A stretch of 36,109 nt of DNA from a virus (Duplodnaviria > Caudoviricetes). The first letter of the stretch is position 1. Each line of letters starts with the position of its first letter. Positions 17,189 to 25,237 of the stretch are shown piece by piece. The position numbers and the translations under genes were made by a program. The stretch spans positions 1 through 36,109 of IMG/VR virus record IMGVR_UViG_3300021184_000030. One strand, 5' to 3'. The notes below the pieces were generated by a model. It ran no database searches. It was not told the origin of the DNA and saw nothing but the letters and a program-made list of their open reading frames with translations.

Positions 17189-19026
17189 GCACCAATATCC
17201 GGGTCATTGCGAGCTTGACCGATGATATCAGTCGTTAATGTCGTGTCACCTGCATTGATTAGGCCTGCGCCCGCCTTGAGGCGAAAATCGTTCGATGTGT
17301 TAACGAACTGGTTAGCGAAAGTCAGGTTGTGAAGGCTGTTGCTCCCTGGGAGACCGGAGGCTTTGTCGGTCGCGTTGTGATCCGACGAGGCGTTGAAACT
17401 GCCACTGGTTGCGGCCGGCACGGCAAAGCCAAAAACAGCACAGTTCTTTAGGGTGGAACCTCCGTTAACGTCATTTACGCCCGTGCCACTGCTTTCCCCC
17501 ACCGCGCTGTCGCACACTACCGTACAACTGTGGGCGCTAGATGAGAAGAACAGAGCTATTCCGTTTTGATTGTTGGTTCTCGCTACGACCAAAGAGTTTT
17601 CAATTTTGCTCCCTTCTTCCAGGTACGCTGTGTAACCACCAGTGGGAGCCCCTACAGAATTCTCGATCAAACATTGATTGACGTAACCGGCATTACGCAT
17701 CCTTAAAGGGCTGTGTCCAAATTGCCAACCGCTGCGTTTAATCTGCAACCTTTCGATTCTGGCGTTAGCGGTAAACACGTCCATGAGCGGGGCTTCTGTC
17801 GGGTTAGCAGAGACCCCAACGCCCTTAGTTTGGTCATATTGTAGTGGATTGGTCGCTGCGTTGACGTGATCGATAAAAGAATGCCCGCTGGCAACGGTTA
17901 GCCAGGGATAACAGTTGGTGTCGGTGGTTTGTCCACTGACAACAAGACCACCTGTAAATTCGCTATCGTTGTAGCACTCGCCTTTCCAAATTTCATGGTT
18001 AGACACTAGATTAGACGGGCAGGCGTCTTCCCAGGCTTGGAGCGTCGAGTAATCGCGCCCAGTTGTGCCGATAGACTTAACAGTTGTGATCCGATATTCC
18101 CAAGCGCCAATATCTCCATTTAACCCAGCATCTCGAACAATCCCTGTAATATCGTTTGGAGCATTGGTTCCATCAACGTTGCCGGAATCAATTAAAGATG
18201 AACCTGCCTTCAGTCGCCAATCGCCCGTAGTTGAAACGAATTGATCGGCGTAGACCAACCCCGTGAGGCTGTTAGCGCCAGGAAGATTACCGCCAGAAAC
18301 ATCGGTGGCGTTGTAGTCGCTAGACGCACTAATCCCCGACGCGCTGCAATCTGTCGCAAACCCAAAAATGGCGCAGTTTTTTAGGGTATTGCCGCTATAT
18401 CCCGAGGTTATCCCGGTGCCCGTGGCGGATAAACTTGAGGATCGGGCAACGGTGCAGTTGAGTGCAAGGCCACCATTCGACAAGGCAATCCCGTTACCGT
18501 TACCACCCGTGTCCAAAACCAGACAATTGATAATGCTGGATTTCCTGATCGTCGCTATGCTGGCGTTTCCAGAATGCGCTTTTTGGATGATGCAGTCTCT
18601 CACCATCGACTGCGGCCAAAAGTCGTTAGTTCCGACTACGGAGGCACCATAGGAATTCGACGGGCGCTTGATTTGCAGGCGCTCAACGGTGACGTAGTTT
18701 TGATTAAATGCAATTACAGCCTGGTTGAACGGAGACGCACTGACACCCGCACCTTTGGATTGGTCGTAGATCAGCGGATTATCGCGGACAGTCGCGTGAT
18801 CCATAAAACTGTGACCGTCCGCAACGGTCAGCTTGATGGTGTGGGTCGAATTTACCGTGTGGCCGCTGATCACTACCCCGGCAGTGAATTCACTGTCGTT
18901 GTAGCATTCTCCGACCCAAGCCTCATCCGCCGTAACCAGATTGGTGGGGATCGCGTCTTCCCACGCCTGAAGCGTCGAGTAATCGCGCCCAGTTGTGCCG
19001 ATGGATTTCGTGACGACGGTGGCCAT
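17047..19026 (-). CDS. Tandem right-handed beta-helix (pectin-lyase-like) virion protein
   Basis: Two ~310-aa homologous domains, each starting KSIGTTGRDYSTLQAWEDA and ending D[WF]RLKAG..LI..G...DI.G..R....DIGAWE. The last ~40 aa look out of frame. Confidence 0.8.
   Translation of the reverse strand: MATVVTKSIGTTGRDYSTLQAWEDAIPTNLVTADEAWVGECYNDSEFTAGVVISGHTVNSTHTIKLTVADGHSFMDHATVRDNPLIYDQSKGAGVSASPFNQAVIAFNQNYVTVERLQIKRPSNSYGASVVGTNDFWPQSMVRDCIIQKAHSGNASIATIRKSSIINCLVLDTGGNGNGIALSNGGLALNCTVARSSSLSATGTGITSGYSGNTLKNCAIFGFATDCSASGISASSDYNATDVSGGNLPGANSLTGLVYADQFVSTTGDWRLKAGSSLIDSGNVDGTNAPNDITGIVRDAGLNGDIGAWEYRITTVKSIGTTGRDYSTLQAWEDACPSNLVSNHEIWKGECYNDSEFTGGLVVSGQTTDTNCYPWLTVASGHSFIDHVNAATNPLQYDQTKGVGVSANPTEAPLMDVFTANARIERLQIKRSGWQFGHSPLRMRNAGYVNQCLIENSVGAPTGGYTAYLEEGSKIENSLVVARTNNQNGIALFFSSSAHSCTVVCDSAVGESSGTGVNDVNGGSTLKNCAVFGFAVPAATSGSFNASSDHNATDKASGLPGSNSLHNLTFANQFVNTSNDFRLKAGAGLINAGDTTLTTDIIGQARNDPDIGAWEFVAGGVARPTSPAPLPARPGAPATFPQPSPCWVRRHPSLPRQGR
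18041..19002. repeat. Perfect 32-bp direct repeat (18041-18072 and 18971-19002), 930 bp apart
   Basis: agcgtcgagtaatcgcgcccagttgtgccgat at both positions. Confidence 0.95.
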
Positions 19027-19436
19027 CAGCCCATCACCGGCGGCTCAGGGCCGATGTAGGCTGGGTCCTGCAGGGGCGGACGTTCCTTAACGACGCCCCG
19101 CAGTTGGTCGGCGGTGAACGTCATCGAAGGCTGCGCTCGGGTATCGTCTGCGATAAAGACTTGCGCCTCGGGAAGCGTAATTAGCGCCTCGTCGATGGTG
19201 AATTTCCGACGCTGCGACAGATAGCCGTATTCCGGGTTCCCGAGATCCGGGACCATGAACGACTGCGCTTCCGAAAGCGACATGTCGGGGATTTTGACGA
19301 TTCGCCACGCGGGGTTCGTCAGCTCTTCCTGCGACCAAGGCCAGTCGTTTTCGACCGCAATCACGCAATCGCCGCGCTCTAGGCGGGTGCCCGGATCGGC
19401 ATTGTGGCTATGAACGCGAAACAAAAACTCAGCCAT
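19026..19436 (-). CDS. Hypothetical protein (possible fibre chaperone/partner)
   Basis: 136 aa, coupled to the beta-helix gene. Confidence 0.65.
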   Translation of the reverse strand: MAEFLFRVHSHNADPGTRLERGDCVIAVENDWPWSQEELTNPAWRIVKIPDMSLSEAQSFMVPDLGNPEYGYLSQRRKFTIDEALITLPEAQVFIADDTRAQPSMTFTADQLRGVVKERPPLQDPAYIGPEPPVMG

Positions 19437-19441
19437 GGTGA

Positions 19442-19810
19442 TTACCGATAGGCGTCCGGCCAGCCGGTGTATTGCTGCACGACCTCGCCTTGTGGGTTGC
19501 GGTGCGCGTAGACACAGAGCATATAGGTGTCGTCTTCGAGGGCGGTGAATTCGTGGAGGACATCCTTACGAATTAAACAGTATCCTGGCGTGTTGACCGA
19601 GTTGTTCGGGTGCCCAAGCGCCCAAAAATCCCGTTCGATGACGCGACCATCGGGCAGTGTCGCTTTGCAGTGTACCCCGCCCTTCAGAATAAACGTGGTA
19701 TGGTCGAAATTGTGGGTATGACCCTGGATTCGGTCGCCCATCTGCACTAGATGAGATGGGCGAACATAGATATTGCCAATGGGTTGTTCGACGGTTTGTA
19801 GACAGCTCAT
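19442..19810 (-). CDS. Cupin-fold protein
   Basis: GHTHNFDHTTFILKG ... HEFTALED cupin motifs. Confidence 0.7.
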   Translation of the reverse strand: MSCLQTVEQPIGNIYVRPSHLVQMGDRIQGHTHNFDHTTFILKGGVHCKATLPDGRVIERDFWALGHPNNSVNTPGYCLIRKDVLHEFTALEDDTYMLCVYAHRNPQGEVVQQYTGWPDAYR

Positions 19811-20178
19811 GCTGATTTCCTATCCCCAAAATGACTCGCCCCGAACACCCGCACCGCCGCCCAGATCAGCCGCCGTGACATAGGACCAACCCCGAGCGCC
19901 TCCATAGCCTCAAGGAAGATGGCGTCCGCCTGCTCCCGATCCGATTCCGTACCGCCGAGGCTATAGAGATAGTCGTGCACGACGGCGGCCTCAAGATAAG
20001 GCCCGCACGGCGGAAAGAGGCGCCAAAGCGCACGTGGCACCGACGCCAGATCGGTTTCAAAGCCGACCGGGACGGCGATCAACCGCTTGAGCTGCCGAGA
20101 CTGGTACCGGCACTCGCTGGCCACACGCCACAGCATGCAGCCGGGTTCATGCATCAGGAGCAAGCGGGTGAGAAACAT
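19807..20178 (-). CDS. DUF1353 family protein
   Basis: VPVGFETDLASVPR...AAVVHDYLY...ADAIFLEAM...AVRVFG signature. Confidence 0.9.
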   Translation of the reverse strand: MFLTRLLLMHEPGCMLWRVASECRYQSRQLKRLIAVPVGFETDLASVPRALWRLFPPCGPYLEAAVVHDYLYSLGGTESDREQADAIFLEAMEALGVGPMSRRLIWAAVRVFGASHFGDRKSA

Positions 20179-20342
20179 TACGGCTGCGCCTCCTGGATCG
20201 CGTCGACGAGTTCGTCACGGGCGTCCTCGGCTTCGTCGGACAAAGCATCCATCAGGTCGAATTCATCCTTGCCTTCGGCAATGGCTTTGTTGGCCGCGCC
20301 CCTCAGAGCGGAGGCTAGACTCAATGCAACGTCTACTTTCAT
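20178..20342 (-). CDS. Small acidic hypothetical protein
   Basis: ATG at 20342 (MKVDVALSLASAL...), AAGGAG RBS, overlaps the lipoprotein stop. Confidence 0.55.
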   Translation of the reverse strand: MKVDVALSLASALRGAANKAIAEGKDEFDLMDALSDEAEDARDELVDAIQEAQP

Positions 20343-20752
20343 TTCGGGGCTCCTTTCAGCAAGGTGTCGATTTGGTTGAGAAGGTCCTCGGCATCGGTCA
20401 GGGCCAGCTTCGCGGCAAAGGTGCCCTGCTTGTCGGCCCAAGCGAGGTCGATCTTGGCCGAGGCTTTGTCGGAGAGCCTCAGGGCTTCCTTGGCAGTCAC
20501 CACATCAATGCGCTGCTCCTTCAAAGCTTTGGCCGCGGCCCGCCGGACCACGGCCAGCCGGGTTTTCACCGGCGCCATGATCATTTCGAACGAGCTGGAA
20601 TCGGCCAGCGTACCCACCAGGAAGCTGCCTTGGGCGGAATCCTGGGGCAAGGCGGCGATCAGCGCCTGGGTCACGCCGAGGGCTTCGGTGCGGCCGAAGC
20701 CGGCGCAGCCCGCAAGGAGAGCCAGTAAACTGAACGATAAAACTCGGATCAT
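20339..20752 (-). CDS. Lipoprotein
   Basis: MIRVLSFSLLALLAG-C lipobox; helical mature part. Confidence 0.8.
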   Translation of the reverse strand: MIRVLSFSLLALLAGCAGFGRTEALGVTQALIAALPQDSAQGSFLVGTLADSSSFEMIMAPVKTRLAVVRRAAAKALKEQRIDVVTAKEALRLSDKASAKIDLAWADKQGTFAAKLALTDAEDLLNQIDTLLKGAPK

Positions 20753-20761
20753 GGCTATACC

Positions 20762-21265
20762 TCAGTTATCAGCCTGGAATGTAAGGGCGCCAATGGCGAA
20801 ACTAGGAGCCGCGTCTCCGTTATTGATCGTTTTCGGGGTCGTCAAGGCGGCTCGGAACAAGAGGTTGCCGGAGGTCGCCGCATCGAAGACGCAGAACTCG
20901 GTGACCTGTCCCCAGTTGGCCGTCGGCGCCGGGAAGGTCACCGCGGCGTTGTTCGAAGTCGTGCCGCCGGTGCCGGACGAAGCGGTGGTGGAGCCCGCGG
21001 ACTGGGTCCCCGCCCACGCCGTAAGCCCGCTGGTTACCGCGACTCTCGCGTAGCTGCCGCCGGAGACTTCGGTGCCGCACGCGGCGTCGGAGCCCGAGGT
21101 CGTGGCGAGGGCGACGTAAACGGTGGTCGGCGCGGTGAGCGTCTGGCCTCGGAGCAGGAAGTCGACCCATTTGTTCTCCAGGTAGTCGGAGAGGGCCGCC
21201 GAGTGCCCGAGCGATGAAAACGCCGTTAAGCCGGCGAATAAAAGTGTGTTAAACGTCCGTTTCAT
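20762..21265 (-). CDS. Phage fibre-subunit-like beta protein with an N-terminal Sec signal peptide
   Basis: ATG at 21265 after AAGGAA; MKRTFNTLLFAGLTAFSSLGHSA|ALSDYLENK.... The mature part has the SDYLEN..YVAL..TEVSGGSYAR..FP...WG...FDA..GNLL pattern of small phage fibre proteins. Confidence 0.75.
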   Translation of the reverse strand: MKRTFNTLLFAGLTAFSSLGHSAALSDYLENKWVDFLLRGQTLTAPTTVYVALATTSGSDAACGTEVSGGSYARVAVTSGLTAWAGTQSAGSTTASSGTGGTTSNNAAVTFPAPTANWGQVTEFCVFDAATSGNLLFRAALTTPKTINNGDAAPSFAIGALTFQADN

Positions 21266-21464
21266 GAGGAGGTTCCTTGTCCTTATGGGGGTGTTCTTTG
21301 CGCCAGACCTCATAGCAGGCGGTGAGCAGCAAGACGCCGTCGATGATGTTCTGGGCCACCTCGACCGGGATTTGATGCCCGGTGAGTCCAGCCAAAAACA
21401 TCAACCCCACGCGGGTCGACGGCTCCTGGAGCTTGGCGCGGATTTTCGGAAGCAATTCGTCCAT
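21249..21464 (-). CDS. Small holin-like membrane protein
   Basis: 71 aa, two short hydrophobic segments, LQEPSTRVGL motif, charged C-terminus. Confidence 0.5.
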   Translation of the reverse strand: MDELLPKIRAKLQEPSTRVGLMFLAGLTGHQIPVEVAQNIIDGVLLLTACYEVWRKEHPHKDKEPPHETDV

Positions 21465-21505
21465 GGCGTACCGGACCGGAGTTCTTAGCCCCGGCCCGTC
21501 CCCGA

Positions 21506-22696
21506 TTAAGAGGTGGTCAACGTAGTCTTCTTGAAGGCTTCATCAAAGATGCGGCCGTACGCCTCCGACCAGTCAATACGCAAGGCAGTGGCCTTCCTAA
21601 GCACGAAGTCCTCGATGGCCTCGTATTGAGCCCCGGTATAGACCCACTTCCGAATCGCCTTCGAGCTGTCGAGACCCACGAGGGTGTTGGCCCCGAGGAC
21701 CGACGTCTCGATGTCGAAGTACTTAACCGTCTGTGGCAAACCGATGTCGGCCAGGATCGGGAGGCTGTTGATGCGCTCGTCGGTCCCCCGATCGTTCTGC
21801 ACCGTCGGACGGTTGGTCCGGCCTTCGATGGCCAGGTAGCCGTCGAGATCGCCGATGACCCAGTTGATGGTCTTGCGGCGACGGTCAGACCGAAGCCACT
21901 TCACCCACGCCTTCTGCGTCATCACGCCGTTCGAGGCGATCGAGCTGTCATACGCGGTGATGAGGTCCGCCGACAAGGCGGTCAAGTTCCAGTCGGTGTC
22001 GCCGTTCACGAGCTTCTTGATGGCTTCGTCGATCAAGGCCATCCGCTCGCCCTCCGCCTGCTGCTTCAGGATGATGTTGACCAGGTCCAGCGTCACCGCC
22101 GCCTGAGCCTCATAGGAGATCTCGAGACCGATCGAGAAGGTCGGCATCCGGTAGCTCTTCGAGCTCAGCGTGATGCTGGTCATGTTGGGCGGGGTCGCCA
22201 ACTGCGCGATCGGCATGCTGCGGTCGCTACGCGGGCCGGTCGACGTGATGGTCGGAATATCCACCCGCGGCGTATCCACCGAGGTGGTCACCGCAACCAG
22301 CTGATTCCAGGTGGCGGCGTACGAGCTGGTATCCTCGAGCAAGGCGCTTTCCACCAGCTCCATCACGGTCGTGGCGAACAGCAAGCGGCCCGTGATGGTC
22401 AGGGCTTGCGAGCCGTCCGGACGGACCAACGGGCCCATGCTGACGGTGTTGCCGTTGTCGGCCAGCATCTGCTTCACCGTCGGCGGGCGGATGCCGGCGG
22501 CGCGGTCTTCCCGCAAGAAGAAGCCACTGGTCGCCAGCAACTGTTCGAACGGCGAGCCGTACTTGGTTTCGTCGGTTTTGAATTGCGTCCTGAGGTAGGC
22601 CGGGAAACTCAGCCCCGCCTCCATCGCCCCCTTGTAATGCTCCAAAGTCACGTTGACTTCTTGAGCATTCCCCTCGCTGTCTCTAATTTGTGCCAT
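21506..22696 (-). CDS. Major capsid protein
   Basis: 396 aa, AAGGAGG RBS, follows protease/scaffold and decoration genes; HK97-like sequence pattern. Confidence 0.85.
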   Translation of the reverse strand: MAQIRDSEGNAQEVNVTLEHYKGAMEAGLSFPAYLRTQFKTDETKYGSPFEQLLATSGFFLREDRAAGIRPPTVKQMLADNGNTVSMGPLVRPDGSQALTITGRLLFATTVMELVESALLEDTSSYAATWNQLVAVTTSVDTPRVDIPTITSTGPRSDRSMPIAQLATPPNMTSITLSSKSYRMPTFSIGLEISYEAQAAVTLDLVNIILKQQAEGERMALIDEAIKKLVNGDTDWNLTALSADLITAYDSSIASNGVMTQKAWVKWLRSDRRRKTINWVIGDLDGYLAIEGRTNRPTVQNDRGTDERINSLPILADIGLPQTVKYFDIETSVLGANTLVGLDSSKAIRKWVYTGAQYEAIEDFVLRKATALRIDWSEAYGRIFDEAFKKTTLTTS

Positions 22697-22728
22697 CTCT
22701 ACTCGGCCTCCTTGCCTGATGAGATCGA

Positions 22729-23172
22729 TTACGTTCTTTCGAGCAGGACGCTGTCGCCTGCTACGCCCGTGCCGGAGATAATCCGGATGCAGCGCCAGAA
22801 GTACTTGGCCGGGGTGCCGGTTTTCACTTTGGCTTTGCCCGCGGTGCCCAAGGCCACCGGGGTGTCGGCGACGACGTAGTCGCCCACGGCCATCGGGGTC
22901 GCGCCCTGGTTGGCGCCGACTTCCGCCTTGACCCGGCCGGAAACCACGACGCCGCCGAACGAAAAGCCGCTGTTGACGGTGTAGGGTTCGATCGAGGTCA
23001 CGAAACCTTCGATGTCGTTGCCGGCGGCGACGGCGACATAGTTCTGGGCGGTGCCCATCTTCACGGCCTTGCCGACGTCAGCATCGGCAAACTTGGTGTT
23101 AGCGTCCGGGCCCAGGGCTGCGGACAGCACTTTCTCGGTCGGCACCAACTCGGTGAATGCAAAAGTGGTCAT
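22729..23172 (-). CDS. Capsid decoration/cement protein
   Basis: 147 aa, Gly/Ala/Val-rich, between protease and capsid. Confidence 0.7.
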   Translation of the reverse strand: MTTFAFTELVPTEKVLSAALGPDANTKFADADVGKAVKMGTAQNYVAVAAGNDIEGFVTSIEPYTVNSGFSFGGVVVSGRVKAEVGANQGATPMAVGDYVVADTPVALGTAGKAKVKTGTPAKYFWRCIRIISGTGVAGDSVLLERT

Positions 23173-23198
23173 TTGCGAACCTCTTTGTTACGCAAGAA

Positions 23199-23765
23199 TT
23201 ACTTGAACTTAACTGCTTTCAGCTTAGCGGGGTCCGCCTCGACTGGTTTGGGGGCTTCTACCGACGGCGTTGCAGTCACTCCACCGACCGGGAAAGCTTT
23301 GTTGAACGACGCCTGGACCTGACTGAACTGGGCCAGCAAGGTGCCGGCGGGCAGACTCGACAGGTCCGTCGCGACGCCTCCCAGCGCGATCTGCATCTTG
23401 TTCGTGTACTCGGACACGACCTTGCACAGCTCGGATTCGTTGGCCTGGAAGCTGGCCAGCTGGGCTTCCAGCTGCTTGTTCGCAGCCTTCAGGTCGACCA
23501 AGTCGTTGGTCTTTGCGTCCAGCTGGGCTTGCAGGTAACTGACGAGATTGGCCTGGGCGGGCGTAGCCGCGGCGGGCTCTGCCGGAGTCTGCGCCGGCTC
23601 CTGAGCAGGATCAGCCGGAGTCTGCTCCGTGGCGGCAGCAGGATCCGCGGCCGGGGTTTCGGTCTCCGCCTCGATCGGAGCGGATTCCAGGGCGGTCTTC
23701 ATATCGACGCCAGCGGCGATGGCCGCCACGGTCTTATCGGTTAACTTGTGGGATTTTTGGGCCAC
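23199..23765 (-). CDS. Nested scaffolding protein (lambda Nu3-like, internal in-frame start)
   Basis: In-frame GTG at 23765 preceded by AAGGAGG-tatct; 188 aa. Confidence 0.75.
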   Translation of the reverse strand: MAQKSHKLTDKTVAAIAAGVDMKTALESAPIEAETETPAADPAAATEQTPADPAQEPAQTPAEPAAATPAQANLVSYLQAQLDAKTNDLVDLKAANKQLEAQLASFQANESELCKVVSEYTNKMQIALGGVATDLSSLPAGTLLAQFSQVQASFNKAFPVGGVTATPSVEAPKPVEADPAKLKAVKFK

Positions 23766-24605
23766 AGATACCTCCTTGTATCGTGAGTCGGCAGGCTGCT
23801 CGGCCTGCAATTTCTGAACGAGCTGGTCGATGGACAGGATCCCGTCCACCAGCCCGGCATCCTTGGCTTCCATGCCAATGAATTCCTTGCCGTCCGCCAT
23901 GTGCTCCTTGACGTAAGCCACGCTCACCCCGCGGGCGTCCGCGACGTGGGCGGCGAAGAGGTCATAAAGGGTGTTGAGCTGGCTCTGCATCTGCGCCTTG
24001 GCCTTGTCGGACAAAGGCTCATAGGGTGTCGCCAGGGCTTTGTAGTCCCCGGCGCGGAACACGGTCGGCTTGATGCCGTCTTGAGCCAAGGCCTTTGAAA
24101 TGTCCATGTGGACGGCGATGACGCCGATGCTGCCGACGGTCGCGGTGTCCGAAGCATATACCTTGCCCGCGGAGGCGCCGATCCAATAGGCGGCGGACGC
24201 CATCGTGCCGCTGGTGTGTGCGACGACCGGCTTGATCTCGGCGTTGATCAGCTTGATTAGCTGGCCGAGGTCCGAGACGCCAGAGGCGGAGCCGCCCCCG
24301 GAATCGATCGACAGCAGGATGGTCTCGACGTCCGCGTGCTGGGACGCCTCGATCAACGCGTTGCGGATCTGAGTGTACGAGGTGAGGCCTAGATAACGGT
24401 TGTACCAGGCGTCGTTGTTGGTCAACGAGCCTTTGACGGAAACGACACCGAGGTTCCCCTGCAGATCAAAATAGATCGGCTCCGGACTCTCGGTCTCGTA
24501 GGAGTACAGTCCCTTGCTGACGGCCTGAATCCGCTGGATGTAGTCGTCCAGCGAGGCGGAATTGCCCATCCATAGTTCGAAGCGGTGCATGTCGATCCCT
24601 GACAT
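23199..24605 (-). CDS. Prohead protease, S49 (SppA/lambda C-like), with C-terminal scaffold
   Basis: DSGGG, MASAAYWIG, VGSIGV and AGDYK motifs; Pro/Ala linker and coiled-coil tail. Confidence 0.92.
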   Translation of the reverse strand: MSGIDMHRFELWMGNSASLDDYIQRIQAVSKGLYSYETESPEPIYFDLQGNLGVVSVKGSLTNNDAWYNRYLGLTSYTQIRNALIEASQHADVETILLSIDSGGGSASGVSDLGQLIKLINAEIKPVVAHTSGTMASAAYWIGASAGKVYASDTATVGSIGVIAVHMDISKALAQDGIKPTVFRAGDYKALATPYEPLSDKAKAQMQSQLNTLYDLFAAHVADARGVSVAYVKEHMADGKEFIGMEAKDAGLVDGILSIDQLVQKLQAEQPADSRYKEVSVAQKSHKLTDKTVAAIAAGVDMKTALESAPIEAETETPAADPAAATEQTPADPAQEPAQTPAEPAAATPAQANLVSYLQAQLDAKTNDLVDLKAANKQLEAQLASFQANESELCKVVSEYTNKMQIALGGVATDLSSLPAGTLLAQFSQVQASFNKAFPVGGVTATPSVEAPKPVEADPAKLKAVKFK

Positions 24606-24617
24606 TAAGCTGATAAT

Positions 24618-24646
24618 GTTATAACACTGTCGCAGGGATGTTACAA
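24618..24646 (-). promoter_or_regulatory. Sigma70-like promoter for the protease-capsid genes
   Basis: TTGTAA-17 bp-TATAAC with an extended -10 TG; ATG only 12 nt downstream of the -10. Confidence 0.6.
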
Positions 24647-24662
24647 GGGCGTCCCAGAAATG

Positions 24663-24962
24663 TTACTTTCGGGCGTGGAGGAGGGCTTGATAGAGTTCAT
24701 CGAGCCGCCGGTGGACGGCGTTGAAACCGGACACGGTTTGGCTTTCGATCCGGGCTTCGAGCTTCGACATGTAAGTCTCAAGCTCAGTGCGGGAGACGTA
24801 GGTCCGCTGCAAATCGGCGACTTTGGTCTCGGTCTCCTCAATCTTCTTGAGATACTTGGCGACGGACCACCGGACGGCCGGAAACGCGGCCCCCGCGCCG
24901 GCGAGCAGGGCGGTGACGACCGGGCTGACGCTATCCTTAAGCACGAGAAAGAGTTGTTCCAT
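24663..24962 (-). CDS. Single-TM coiled-coil membrane protein (holin/XhlA-like)
   Basis: ATG at 24962; N-terminal hydrophobic helix, then coiled coil (YVSRTEL...RRLDEL). Confidence 0.55.
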   Translation of the reverse strand: MEQLFLVLKDSVSPVVTALLAGAGAAFPAVRWSVAKYLKKIEETETKVADLQRTYVSRTELETYMSKLEARIESQTVSGFNAVHRRLDELYQALLHARK

Positions 24963-25237
24963 CAGCCGATCCTTAGCCTGATTTTCTTCCGAGGCTCTGG
25001 GGCGCCTGTGGACCAGCGCTCCCATTCCATGAATTTCACTCCCTGCCTAGCAAGGGCCTCGATACCTGCTCTGCGAACCGCCCTACTGGGAGCGTGCAAC
25101 ACTCCGGACAGGATCGCGGTGTCTCCGACCCGCTGCACCGTGCAACACCACACGTAATGATCACGGTTTTGGCGGCTCTCCCCGGACGCAAAGATCCGGA
25201 GAACGCCGCTATGCCATTCGATGTCACCGTTGAGCAT
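24962..25237 (-). CDS. Hypothetical protein
   Basis: ATG at 25237 after GGAGGCAAGGA; 91 aa. Confidence 0.55.
   Translation of the reverse strand: MLNGDIEWHSGVLRIFASGESRQNRDHYVWCCTVQRVGDTAILSGVLHAPSRAVRRAGIEALARQGVKFMEWERWSTGAPEPRKKIRLRIG

Noticed and set aside
17047-19026. Diversity-generating retroelement (TR/VR pair)
   Set aside because: No reverse transcriptase in the window; the repeats are domain duplications without adenine-specific mismatches.
21470-21500. Terminator after the capsid gene
   Set aside because: A GC hairpin is present (GGGCCGGGG-ctaagaa-CTCCGGTCC on the minus strand) but there is no U-tract; at most a stability or pause element.
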